The notes beneath the pieces are model-generated. The model had not been told where the DNA came from, did no database searches, and worked only from the letters and a program-made list of their open reading frames with translations. From Mesotaenium endlicherianum (Eukaryota), in contig WELA01001161.1 in the NCBI GenBank assembly GCA_009602735.1, forward strand, positions 377,963 through 427,065: a stretch of 49,103 nt of DNA, in the 5' to 3' direction. The translations under genes and the position numbers were made by a program. Shown piece by piece: positions 24,334 through 35,800 of the stretch. Within the stretch, counting starts at the first letter, position 1. The number at the start of each line of letters is the position of its first letter.

Positions 24334-26974
24334 TTAGAAGGTCTGGCTAATACCCCTAGCTTCAAATATCTGCACCATGAGCGTCAGCTGCAAGTCGGGC
24401 TCGTCGTCGTCGTTGTCATCGTCATCTCCACGCTCAGTGCGAGAAATATAAGGGACGTCGCAGAACTGCTTGAGGCTCAAGTCCACCACGGCTTCCGCAA
24501 ACGGCCCCCACTCACACTCTGCGTCGTACGAAAACGTCAGCTTCCTAAGCCCTCCCCTCTGGTTCGGTGCCGGCACCTCCTGCTGCGACGCGAAAGTCCA
24601 GCAGCCAAGCGTTGGGACGGGAGAAGGAAAACCGGCGTGAGCTCTCTGTGCAAGCATAAGCCCCGTGAGCACGCGGGTGTACGCGCGCCGCGCACCCTCG
24701 CTGCACTGGCTGGAGAGCAGGGCACGAAGCTCCCTCAGGTTCGGGCAGCCCACGGCAACACCTGCAATGCCTGTGCTGCGCAACCCCGTGACTTCCAGAA
24801 CCAGCAAATGTGGCAGCCCTGGCCCCCCTGCAAAGCCCGCCCCTGTGAGCGCCTCCAGCTGGCGCCTGTGCTCGATGGAAAGCTTCTGGAGGCGGGGGCA
24901 CCCGCCAGCTATGACCTCGATGTCGGCGTCACTCACATGATAATTGTGCAGCTTAAGCACCTCCAGGCCAGGCAGCTCCATGGCCCCCACCCTTAGCCCC
25001 AGCCCAGGCGCCAGCCCCAGTCCCAGCGCCGAGTTGCCTTCATCAGTGGGCTGCAGGTCAAGGTGGTGTTGGCCAGGAGGCGGTAGCGGCTGCGAAAGGA
25101 GAGCAGGAACAGCACCAGCACCGCCACCGCCAGCACCACCGGCACCAGCGTTGTCGCCTGCCTGAAGTTCAGCGTCGACAACACCTGCATCGCCTCCCAG
25201 ATTCATGCCCTCAACAGCAGCGTCATAATCGCCATCATTTTGGGCATTGTCTTGGTCACCATCCTGGTCAAGGTCTTGGTCATGATTGGGGTCATCGTCG
25301 TGGTCTTCACCTTGGTCGTCAATTCGGCCTGGGTCCACGTCATCGTCTTCTACGGTGGACCCATTGGATAGAGTGAGGCTCCTAAGGCCACGTGCCAGGT
25401 GGCGGCGCCGCTGCACAACTGCCAGCGCAGCACGCACGGCGGCAGGTGTGGTCGTCGTGATGAGCCCCAGGGTCTTGAGCGCGGGGCAGCAAGCCAGGAG
25501 CGTGCGCACGTACACCCTTGCCCTGCTCGGGGTTGGGGGCAGAGTCACCATCAGAGTTTCCAGAGCTCCCGTTGACCGCGCACCTCCTCCTGGATGACAC
25601 ACGCTCCGCGGCACACTGCTGCATCCTACACCCTCCACGTCCACTTTCTCTTCTTCGTCTTCTTCACTGCTGCTGCCACCCTCACCGGCACCTCTACCCT
25701 CGTCTTCCTGGACGCCGCCCTCGTCCTCCTCCAATACCTCGTCCACATCCCAATCCTCCTCCTCATCATCATCCTCCTCCTCGGCACCACCCGACAGCAG
25801 TTCCCCCGACAGAAAGAGCGTCTCCAGCAGGGGACACCTGGTAAGGAGCGCGTGAATAGCCGCTGATATCAGCTGCTCGGGCAGCGGCCTCTGCTGCCCC
25901 CGCCTGTAGCGCACGGGTGGCGCAGAGCTCCCAAGCACGTGCACAGTCAGCCTCTTGAGGCGGGGACTAGGGGCGCGGCCGATAGCGCGAAGCGCAGGCG
26001 CGTATAATCTGGGGGCCCCCAGGTAGAGAGACAAGCTCTCCAGGCAAGGGAGGAGCACCAGGGCATCTTCCAAGCAGCCCGCCTCCGGGCCCCCCTCGGT
26101 GTTCCTGGCGAAGGTGCTGCCCTCGTGCCACCCTGACACTATTGTCATCGGGAGGTGCACCAGCGCGCGACAGCTGCCGGCCACCGCGGGGATCTCCGAG
26201 ACGGACTGCACCGTGAGCGTCAGGTCCGTCAGAGTGCGGCCGTGGGCGGCGATGCCGGAGACCACGCCCGCTGACGCCAGTGAATAGCACGTCAGTTTCT
26301 GCTGGAGGATGCCATGGCTGCTTGGAGCAAGGAGGCCCTCCTCCAAGACGCCCGCCGCCGACGCACCATTGCCGCTGATGTGGAGTGTCTTGAGACGGGG
26401 GCAGGCGGCAGCAACGGCCAGGATGGCGTTGGGGCTCTGCCTGGTGTGGACGTCCTCTTCGTCCCCCCCATAGCAGTCCTGGAGGGCGAAGCACCGGAGC
26501 ATGGGGAAAGGACGGGCCAGCACGGCGGCCATGGCTGCCGTCTCCTCCTCTGCCTTCTCTATGGCCCCCTCAACACTGCGACGCCCTCCTCGCCTTCCGC
26601 CCCCTCCCCGTCGCCCTCCCGGTCCACCGCCCCCTCCTCCTCTCTCTCCACCTCCATGGCAGCGACCTTGTTCACAGCTGCAGGTCCCCTGGCTGCCTCG
26701 CCCTCCCACACGACTGCCATGTCCATGACTGGCTCATCCAATAAACGAACCGCAGCCACAGCCTCGTTGGGCAGCTCCTCTGCGACGGGGGTTGTCAAGG
26801 TCTTGAGCTGCTGCGTGAGGAGAGTGCGCAATGCCCACTCGAGAGAGGTGAAGGCGAGCCCGGTGAGGGCCAGCCAGCGCCGGCAGACGAGCGACGCGTT
26901 GCCCCTATCGGGCCCCGACTCCAGCTTTGCCAGGATGGCCACCTGGCACTTGGGCGGCAGCACATCCAACGAGC
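24334..26974 (-). CDS. F-box/LRR (RNI-like) protein with acidic insertions; apparent frameshift near 26575 (possible pseudogene or assembly error)
   Basis: F-box LDVLPPKCQVAILAKL....ASLVCRRWL after a TTTAG acceptor (26977-26975). The long ORF 26709-24334 has repeated LRR-like units ACPRLKTLHISG, LPCLESLSL, CPLLETLFLSG, CCPALKTLGL, GCPRLQKLSI, GCPNLRELRA. The two parts are in different frames and the first exon was not identified. Confidence 0.72.
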
Positions 26975-27580
26975 CTAAATGCGTGCATCCCCCGAGCAAG
27001 CAGACGCATACGCACACCACACACACGCACACAGACACGCACACAGAAGAGGCACCGAGGCACCATCACAAGGGGTCAATATTGAGCTTCTGCCTGAGCC
27101 TGCTTCCAGCTCCCCTTCGCGAGCTCGGCCGAGCAGGCTGTGGGCACAGGGGCTCAGGGGCTCAGGATGGGCACGCACTTGCAGATGTGTGCCAAGGTGA
27201 GGAAGGGCCATAGTGCCTTGGCAAGGGGGAGAATGAGGAGATTGTCGGGAAGGATATTTGCGGCCAGAGCGACTCACAAGGGTCTTGTGCCTAGGGCTGG
27301 AACCACTTTGGACTCTGGAGGGCGGCTGCCAGTTCACGAAAGTATGGAGGGTACTAGCACCTCCTTTGCATTCCCTACACTGTGTTAGACCACCCGATGG
27401 TTTTCTTCTGGTCTACATCGGCCCACGTAATCCACCAGCGTTGGCTCAGAGTCGTTGCCACATCATAGCCGTCCTTTGTACTGGATCTCTGTCATTACCG
27501 TATCGTATCTGTCATTGTGCTGAAGTTGTCGACGCTGTGCTCGTAGATGATTCGTGTGCTACTTCTGTACTTTCCTGTAG

Positions 27581-28006
27581 GTTTGAGACGATAGCGAGAC
27601 ACTCTAGACAGCACTTGATTCACTTGGTTGTAGCCGCTCAACCTTTTAAGCTAACCTGCTCACCTTAGTCATCGACTCCTGTTAGACTTTCTCCAAGTTT
27701 CTAGTGCAGCTACACGAGTAGATCATGCTTCAGGAGCACTCGTCTTATTCTTGTTGTGCACATCATAGTCGAATCTGAAGTTGACCATCTCAGTTATATT
27801 TCCACACGCTCGAAAAGTAGGAAGTCCCTTTTCAAATTGTGAAGGATGTTTTCATCCCTCGTGCTGTTTCAATTCTTGTGATCTTCTTCCAGCCCCAGCC
27901 GTACAGCACATACACACGTTCAGAGGCGTACACTGTTACGCAACAGCTCCTCTCGCATACTTTAGTGGGACATGCTGTTACGGAAGGGTCAGAGCAGGCA
28001 GTGAAG
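27581..28006 (+). other. Possible highly divergent histone H2B-like exons or relic
   Basis: Exon-like 27581-27626 (FETIARHSRQHLIHL) and 27893/27899-28006 (PYSTYTRSEAYTVTQQLLSHTLVGHAVTEGSEQAVK) align by eye to H2B [51 protein letters not shown]. No convincing complete gene model. Confidence 0.35.
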
Positions 28007-29575
28007 GTGAGCGAGATGTGCAGGAGCAAGCGGCCAGCTTCTAAGGTCATGCATTGGAGGGAGCTCGCCGCTGATGGCCGTTGCATGTTATGGGGCATGG
28101 CGGTTGGGGGCTTGGGATAAGGTGTAAGACTATAGGGGTAGGCACATCAGTAGTGCTGCTCACGCACTTCCCCACGCGTTCAAATATTGACCTTTGAAAG
28201 TGAATGGCGTTAAATCCTTCTTTACTGTTGAGAAACTGTACCTGACATCACATGCTGAGCCTGTCCGTTTTCTTCCCTCCGCCGGACGTAGTGACCATGC
28301 AATCGGATTATTGTACTGAGCGAGCTCTGCCTGAGTTCCAGCTTTTGCTGTTTGGACAGTCGCTGCTTTGCAATAACGACATGTGAGTTTCTCTCCATCC
28401 TAAGCTCTGTTACATTGGAAGGTTGTTCTTCCGCGTTAGTCCAGGAAGGGCGAGATGTTTAAGATGTTTATGGGAGTTCCAAACTTCGAGGAACTAATAC
28501 GTCTGATGAAATGATACGCTTAAAGAGAAGCCAAACAAATTCAAGTCTCTATCTCTCATATGCCACAACGAAAGTATTCTGAGTACAACCGTTTTTTACT
28601 GTCTGCTATTACCCATATACTGCCTGAGTGCGCTTTATTGACGTACCACCTCATCACAGCAAAGATGGCCTGTTGGGAGAATTTTTTACAATATTGCATT
28701 CTTCATACCCATGTCGTAAATCTTGGTTGGCGCCCAACATTAGCCACGCCTTCATTGTGTTCCTTGAAACTGAGCGTGTAGCAGGCACAACCTAAAACTA
28801 TAAAATATCAGTTGAAGAGGTCACGTCCATGAAGGAAACTTCACGATGTTGACGGTTATTCACGGCCATGCACATTCATCAACATTGTTCACAACATTGC
28901 CAACTCACACCACTCACCACTTCTCGACACCGTGGACATATATGCTTAGGAGGACGAGCTGACAAGAGCAGACAAGAGAGGGCACCTCGAAGCGTCGCTA
29001 TCTCAACAGTCTCTTCCATGTCACTTTGGTCAAGTGTATGGTCAAAGATGTGCTCCAGATGGTTGCGCATTTGATGTACATCCGTACGCATGGCACCACT
29101 TCGGACTTGCAGCGCGCGATAAGCGACACCGGACACCGACATCTATCGTGACAGAAATGAGAACTGACCTGGACTGACATTTGTGGCGCCAATTTAGGTA
29201 GTTCTCTTTAGGGTGCTCCGGCTATAGGGTGCGACGGGAAAGAGAAGGCGCGAACCGCGCACTCACAGAAGTTATGTGAATGTGCGCCTCAACGTTCTTT
29301 GATAATTTTTCTGGACTAAAGTTTATCCATACTAGTGCTAAGACCAGCGCAGGCGTCGACATAGTCGGTGCTTATCGTACCGCCTAAGTTTTCATATGAG
29401 ACTGCTTTAGTACAAAATCCAGGGAATGCTTCTGTAGCCCGCACTTGCCTATATGCTTGAGTACCTGCTCCGACCCGTTACTGCACCCATCCTTCATATG
29501 CTTCAATAATACTGCTCGCTCCCTGCTTCCCACTCCTACACTCTTGGGCTTGTACTCATATGATTACATTCCTAC

Positions 29576-31229
29576 ATGGGGAAGAGCAAGCCCAGATTTT
29601 ACGCAGTCGCAGTTGGGAGGCGGCCTGGCGTTTACAGAACCTGGGATGCATGTGAACAGCAGGCAAGTTCTAAGTCTTTGCTGTGGTCATTTATTATTCT
29701 CATTGCACATTATACAAGCCAATGATCTGTGTCGCCTCAAATATACCTGATTTATGTGCCATTAGCCTGCTATATATATATATAAATTTGTGGGCTGTAA
29801 TGAAGGTTGGCTAGCCAAGTCGCCAGACGTGTTCATTTTGAAATATAGAGCCTATTCTCTATTATATAACACCAAAGCTGGTGGGAATCATTTGAATGAC
29901 AAAACTGAGGCCTTTTGTGATGCACCAAGGATTCATGCACTGTGAAATTTGCACGTTTATGGCATTGTGGAGGCTCGAAGTATATTTGAGGGACTGCAAC
30001 CTCAGCTTGTTTATCTTCCGCTCTAGTACTCTACTCTATGCGCATATTCTCATCAGTTGTGTTGGACGAGGAAACAGCCCTTCTACATGGGCACTATCAT
30101 TTCATTGTATGAGAGCTTGTTAAACAAGTCAACCAGATGCAGCTCAATCTCATGCATGCACATATTTCATGCTCTCATCAGGTCAAGGGCTTCTCTGGGG
30201 CCGTCCACAAGGGCTTTTATAGCTGGGAAGATGCAGCGGCTTACATGGCTGCAGGAGCAGCTCCTCCTCAGCACTACCACTCATACGGCGTAGGGTCCTA
30301 GAGTGTCATGGAGGTGAGTTTCAGAGCAGCTGGATTCACATTATGGCTCAAAGCTATTTATTTCTGAAATAAGAGCTGTCAGGGTAAAAAAGGCTGTGCT
30401 TTTTGGTGTGTTAGCGATGACACAAAAGGTGCAAGGAGGACACCTGACTCAAGTTATGCCCTTTCTGGGCACACTTCAGTTGTGCTCTGTGGTGTCGCAG
30501 GAATAGATTGAAGCAATTTTTTTGCTCTCTCCTTGCTGAATGTGCATGGTCAGGTGGCTCATTTGGACACATGCATTTGTAACTCGCATGCTTCCAACAG
30601 ATTCTATCATCCCCTGGCACCCCCCTGCATGGAAGTTTCCCATTAAGTACAGCGAGTGAGGGTTCCTCGCATGGCAGAAGTCAAACACGGCAAATTTCCT
30701 CAGAAGGCGTGTGCAATGGTCGATGTCAAGCATGCATGTGGCTGCTCAATGTCTTGAATGGCAGGAGTACCGACTGGAGTTTCATGGCGTGTCAAGGGGC
30801 AACCCCGGGTGGGCGAGCGCTGGAGCTGTGCTTCGTTCTTCATATGGCACCGTGGTAAGCTGAGGAAGTTATGAATATGAAATTGGCACATATGAACCCA
30901 TGCATGCAGCACGACTTGAAAGTGACTCAGGTGTGAGCATGCCTGCTAGCTCGTGTTTTTTGTATGAGATTCGTTTTGCTTACGCAATATTATATGTCCA
31001 GCATATAGCATGTTGAGTCTAACCCTCAGCTGACGACTACTCCCAGTACCAGTTCCCCCTAGCGGAGCCTATTTTTGTGGCTGAGCGGTACTTGGGGGGG
31101 AGGAAGAGAGATGTCCGCCGGCACTCATTAGGGGTCATGACAGCATGAGGCGTTTGTGGCGTTGGAACATGTGGCAGGATTACAACGGGCACGCCACGCA
31201 CCTTGCCAACCAGGGCGTCTTCATGCGAG
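29576..31229 (+). pseudogene. Decayed tandem paralogue of RNase H1 with intact hybrid-binding domain (68-aa ORF) and destroyed catalytic domain
   Basis: Exon 29576-29662 MGKSKPRFYAVAVGRRPGVYRTWDACEQQ (GC donor). Exon 30182-30313 VKGFSGAVHKGFYSWEDAAAYM..GS* (TAG 30299-30301). Exon 30765-30854 EYRLEFHGVSRGNPGWASAGAVLRSSYGTV (first catalytic D->H). Exon 31178-31229 DYNGHATHLANQGVFMR (last catalytic D->T). The TNNxAEY/GDS and VKG..W exons are not found. Splice positions match the downstream gene. Confidence 0.88.
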
Positions 31230-32818
31230 GTGTGCGCTCCACCTCCTCTGTGGTCCCGCCATCTAAGTTCCTCATCAGCCTGCTCTGAAGTCTCTCTCGC
31301 GAGCTGCCTTGCCTTGCAAGGGCACCCAATCCAGGGCCCAGGGGGACCCACACCTGCACTGTCTAGGGGGCGAGGCTTCTGGCGTTTCACTCGCACCCTC
31401 GCTCAGCTATCCGGCTGCAGCCTCTATTATTTCCGTACATCCAAAGTACTGAAGCCCTTTTTCCACGCCAGGTCCTGACATGTTGTGCTCCAGCTGCGCT
31501 CTGGCAGCTTCTGTCTGGCAGCTTCTGTCTGGGCGAGTAATACTGCCAGCTTCGGTAGTTTGATGTCCTGTGTGGTCTCTGGTTTCTCTACTGAGTCTGA
31601 CCAAACAAAAAGCTGCTTTTGTATGGTGTGTGCTCCTGAGGAAGCAGAGACGAGGCTGGAGCTACTGGTCTCGCATGCGCAAGCGAGTCTGCCGTGGAAA
31701 AGCACAAGCGAGAGCAGGAGCGAAAGCGACAGCAGCAGCAACAGTGACAGCGACAGTGACAGCAATAGCGACAGCAATAGCGATGGTTAGACAGGCTCAC
31801 AGAGATGACGAGAGTGTAGAACAAGGTGTTGGTGGTGAAGGTAAGAAAGGTCTTGGTAGTAGTGGTAGCACAGGTTCTCAGGCTTTGAGTTATTATTGAT
31901 TTCGTTGTATATTAAGGTCTTTTTTTCAAAATATACGGGGGACATACACACGTCGGTGTCTACATGGTACCCGTTCCTAGCCGCTTTGAAGCGAAGACAT
32001 GGATAGCTGACAAGTTAATGCTCATTAACAGCTCTAAGGAAATGTGTTTGGACAAATGTGTTTGGACAAGCTCCTGTCAAGATCAAAGCATTCTTCTCGA
32101 GACTGAAGTTCATTGTGCAGTACATATAGCGGCTTGCACTTTCAGATGATCAGTTACCCCAGCCAGATCGATTCTCCTCCACATTGCGTCTGCTGTAATG
32201 CCTGCGTATGCTTTCATGCAGTACAAGAGTCTCCTAGAGGAATGGAAACATAAGAGGGCCCCAAGGTTAATGTTCAGTCAAGGTTATGCACTGGCGGAAA
32301 GATTGTCTGCTCCTGCCAGCTTACTGCTTGTGCAGCACGTTGGGCAGCTGTTAGATGCTCAAACGTGTAAATGTAGATGATGAGGACACATACTGTCATA
32401 GCTAGCGCTCGGAAAACACTAACTGCATTCCTCTTTTGAAGTACCTGTCTGCAATCAACAGCACGGACTTCGTATGACCGAGTGCATGTCCCATGCAAGC
32501 TTTTCAATTTGCGCTTCACGCCGAGCTAGCTAACACGCTTCACGCGGACTTTCGAATTACGGAGACTTCAACTAAAGCTCTCCGAATGAGTGTAAACCAG
32601 CTCCTTGATGCATGACAGAATGCGAGCAGAATAAAGTGAGACGGAGCAAACCTCGTCACTCCATAAGCAGCTGTATCGCTTGGCGCAGTTGTAGCTGAAG
32701 CTTGCATACATGATATCCAGGAGTTTGCAGATATAATATTTTCTTAAGACAAACTGTGACAAGAGTTGTGAGCAAACCTCAGAGTCGAAAGTGAAAAGTA
32801 ACAGAGCTTATGAGATAG

Positions 32819-35800
32819 ATGACAAAGACTAAGCCCGCCTACTACGCCGTCAGAGTGGGGAGGCGGCCTGGCATATACACGACCTGGGGAGAATGTCAAG
32901 CGCAGGCAAGTCTAGACTTGCGTGTTTTTTTTTCTTTCTGCACCTCCCAATCTCAATGCACTTCTCGTCCCACCCACGGTGAGCTATCTACGAACCAAAG
33001 GGTCGTCTGGGGCCTGGAATGAATCGGATCAAATCGCCAGCCAGCCTGCTGCATGGGAGTCCCCCGACCCAACAAGCTAGAATAGGAGCCATAGGCATTT
33101 CCCATGCTGAAATTGGCGAAAGGCGTCAGCGTGCTTCCAGCTCTGCCGGATCCCTTCCGCGTCGAAACTGCTGGGGGTGAGCCAGCACAAGGGGAATGCA
33201 GTTTGTCAAGTATGCCTGTACAGCACCAGTACTGACAAGTGGCACCTACTGGTGGCGATGCCAGGGGGGCGGAGAATAAGAGTCTGCTTCAACTCTCTAA
33301 GTATGCGAGTGTACATGTGACGCTAGTGCTCTACATACAACCACGTCGTGAGGATGACAGATGCTCCCTGCTCCTGTGCTTGCATCAACTCTGCCTTCCA
33401 AAACACACACACTGAGTCCTGACACTCAGGTCCCAACAAGTGGACCTGGATTGACCTGTCATCAGGTCAACCATTACTCCGGGAGCATCTACAAGAGCTT
33501 CACAACCCAGGCAGAGGCCGAATCTTTCCTGGGAGGAGCCGCAATTGCAGCAGCAATAACAGCAGCACCAGCAGCAGCAGCGCCAGCAGCAGCAGCAACA
33601 GCTCCCCATCCTCCTCCTACTACTACTACTAGTACCACTATTCCTCACTCGCCACCAGGCAAGAGGAAGCGAGGGGGCCAGCGGAGCCCTCCACCCTCCC
33701 ATGCCTGGGAGGAGGCCCAGAGCCTACCAGAGCCTGCCAGCTCTAGCGCAGCCATGAGCCCCTCAGGTAGGGACCACAGCCTCCCCACGCGTGACAGTGC
33801 TGGCAGGGATGTGCTGGCACCCCGTGGCAGACCCCTCGGTGAAGCTTCAGCACCTCCTCGACCTCCTCCTTTCTCAAATCATCACATTAATCAGCAGCAG
33901 CAGGAGCAGGAGCAGGAGCAGGAGCAGGGGCGACAGGAGCGGCAGCAGGAGCAGCAGCAGGAGCGGGAGGAAGATCCTGTGGACATGGGATCTTTGAAGA
34001 AGCCGAGGCCGAGGCCAAACCCGACCAGAAAGTTGCGCGTCCCAAAAGCTCCCGCTGACTCATCCAATCTGACGTCATCACCCTCCAGAGCTACCCGTGC
34101 CGCCAACGGGGTGGCAGAGGCGGGGGCTGAGGCACAGCCTGGGGCTGGCAGGGGGGCCGGTGTCGGGGCTGGTGCCGCAGCCAGCGCTGGGGCGGATGCT
34201 GCGCCTTCCTGTGGTGACAGTGCCCACGACGGCGATGGGCAGGTGCGCGGCCATCACGCTCGACCCTGTGCCTCTCTCTGCAGGGGGCTCTCTGTGTGTT
34301 TGCTCTTTCTGCGCTCTCTCTATTTTTCGGGGGCACGTCGGTTGGTCTAAATTTGTACAGTTTCTCAGTCAAGGAAGGACGGTAGCAGCTCTCTCCTTCC
34401 TGCTCGCGTGCGGCTGCGTGTTGCCATCTGGATTGTTCCCGTCCATGCCCTCGTGTGGCGCTGCCAATGGCGCAACACGCTGACACGCTGGCTCCGGCAG
34501 CCACAGCCCGGGCTCGTGCTGACAAGTGTCGAGTTCCTGATGGTGCTGCTACTGGATCAGAAGGATAGCCTGGATGAACCCCAGAACCTATTCAGGGGGT
34601 AAAATGAAAGAGGATGTTGCCCTCCTTCTCCCATAAGCCTAAATTGCTTCATCCTGCTCTTGGGTTCCTTAGCTTCCCTCCCCAACCCCAAACCCCATAC
34701 CTGAACCCAGACCTAACCCCTAACCCTCAATCCCCTTGTGGGCCGCTCTTGCTGGGGCTCTGCCAGGTGAGGCGGATCAGATGGAGTGAGAAAATCCGCA
34801 GAAAGGTGTCTCTGAGATGGGGGTTGCTGACACGCCGCTGCGGGCCCCTTGCCTCTGCAGGACGCGGTCAGGCTCCCCAGAAAGGGGGAGGAGGCGCGTG
34901 TGCTGGCGCATGTGAGCATGTGCCAAGCAGGAAGCATGACGAGTGCGTGCGTGCATGCGCGGCTGTGGCTGACAATACTGTGCTGTGCTGCAAATGGCAG
35001 GATGCTGCTGCGCGGGTACGGGAGCACGGGCGCGAGCGGGAGCAGGAGCAGGAGCGGGTGCAAGCGCGGGAGCAGATGCGGGCGCGGGGGTGTGGGGAGA
35101 AGGAGGAGGAGCGGCAGCAGGAGCAGGGGCGGGATTGGGGGGAGGGGGAGTTCAGGCTGGAGTATGACGGCGCCTCCAAGGGCAACCCGGGGCCGGCCGG
35201 CGCCGGCGCTGTGCTGTTCGCCCCCGACGGCTCCGTTGTAAGTCGAGGCAGGAGTTCCGCAGGGCAGGCGGGGATGATGATGTGTGCATGTGGCAGAGCC
35301 TCTGAAGCTGCTTGCTCTCGTTTAGCCTCGAATGCTTCATCGACGCTTCATCGTGATAGTCGAGGCAGCTTCTTGCAGTTTTCTGCACTTTTGGGGAAGT
35401 TTTCTGTTGGCTGTGGGCTGCAAGGGGTGCATGTGGCAGTTGAAGAGAGTGGCGTTGGCGCCTATACATTGTCAATTTGCAAACCCACTGCAAAGGGCGA
35501 AGGGCAAGAGGGCGAATGGAGGGAGGGAGAGAGGGAGGGGGGTAGACGCGGAGGGAGGGGAAGAGGGGGAGGGGAAGGGAGGGAGAGCCAGAGGGACACA
35601 GTGCAAGACAAAACGAGTGTGTGTGACACAAAACTCCGACCCATATGCCCTGTGTCCAGGCCCGAGACTTCCGTGCCCCTGTGCCCTTCCAAGCCCCCCC
35701 CCCTCCCCTTCCTCCCTTTCGGCATGTGTTGGTGCGAGCTGGTGCAGGTGGAGGAGGTGCGGGTGGGGTGCGGCATCGCCACCAACAACCACGCGGAGTA

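Noticed and set aside
28184..28470. Fragments resembling a SUMO/ubiquitin-like or H2A-like domain downstream of the H2B-like exons
   Set aside because: Requires several frame changes and stops, and fits two unrelated families equally poorly. Likely pattern over-reading.
28879..29142. CPRC..WQCCEQC, ZZ-zinc-finger-like ORF
   Set aside because: Followed by two stops, ligand set incomplete, no supporting exons.
34701..34735. Telomere-like CCCTAA units
   Set aside because: Only about two imperfect units inside a C-rich intron.
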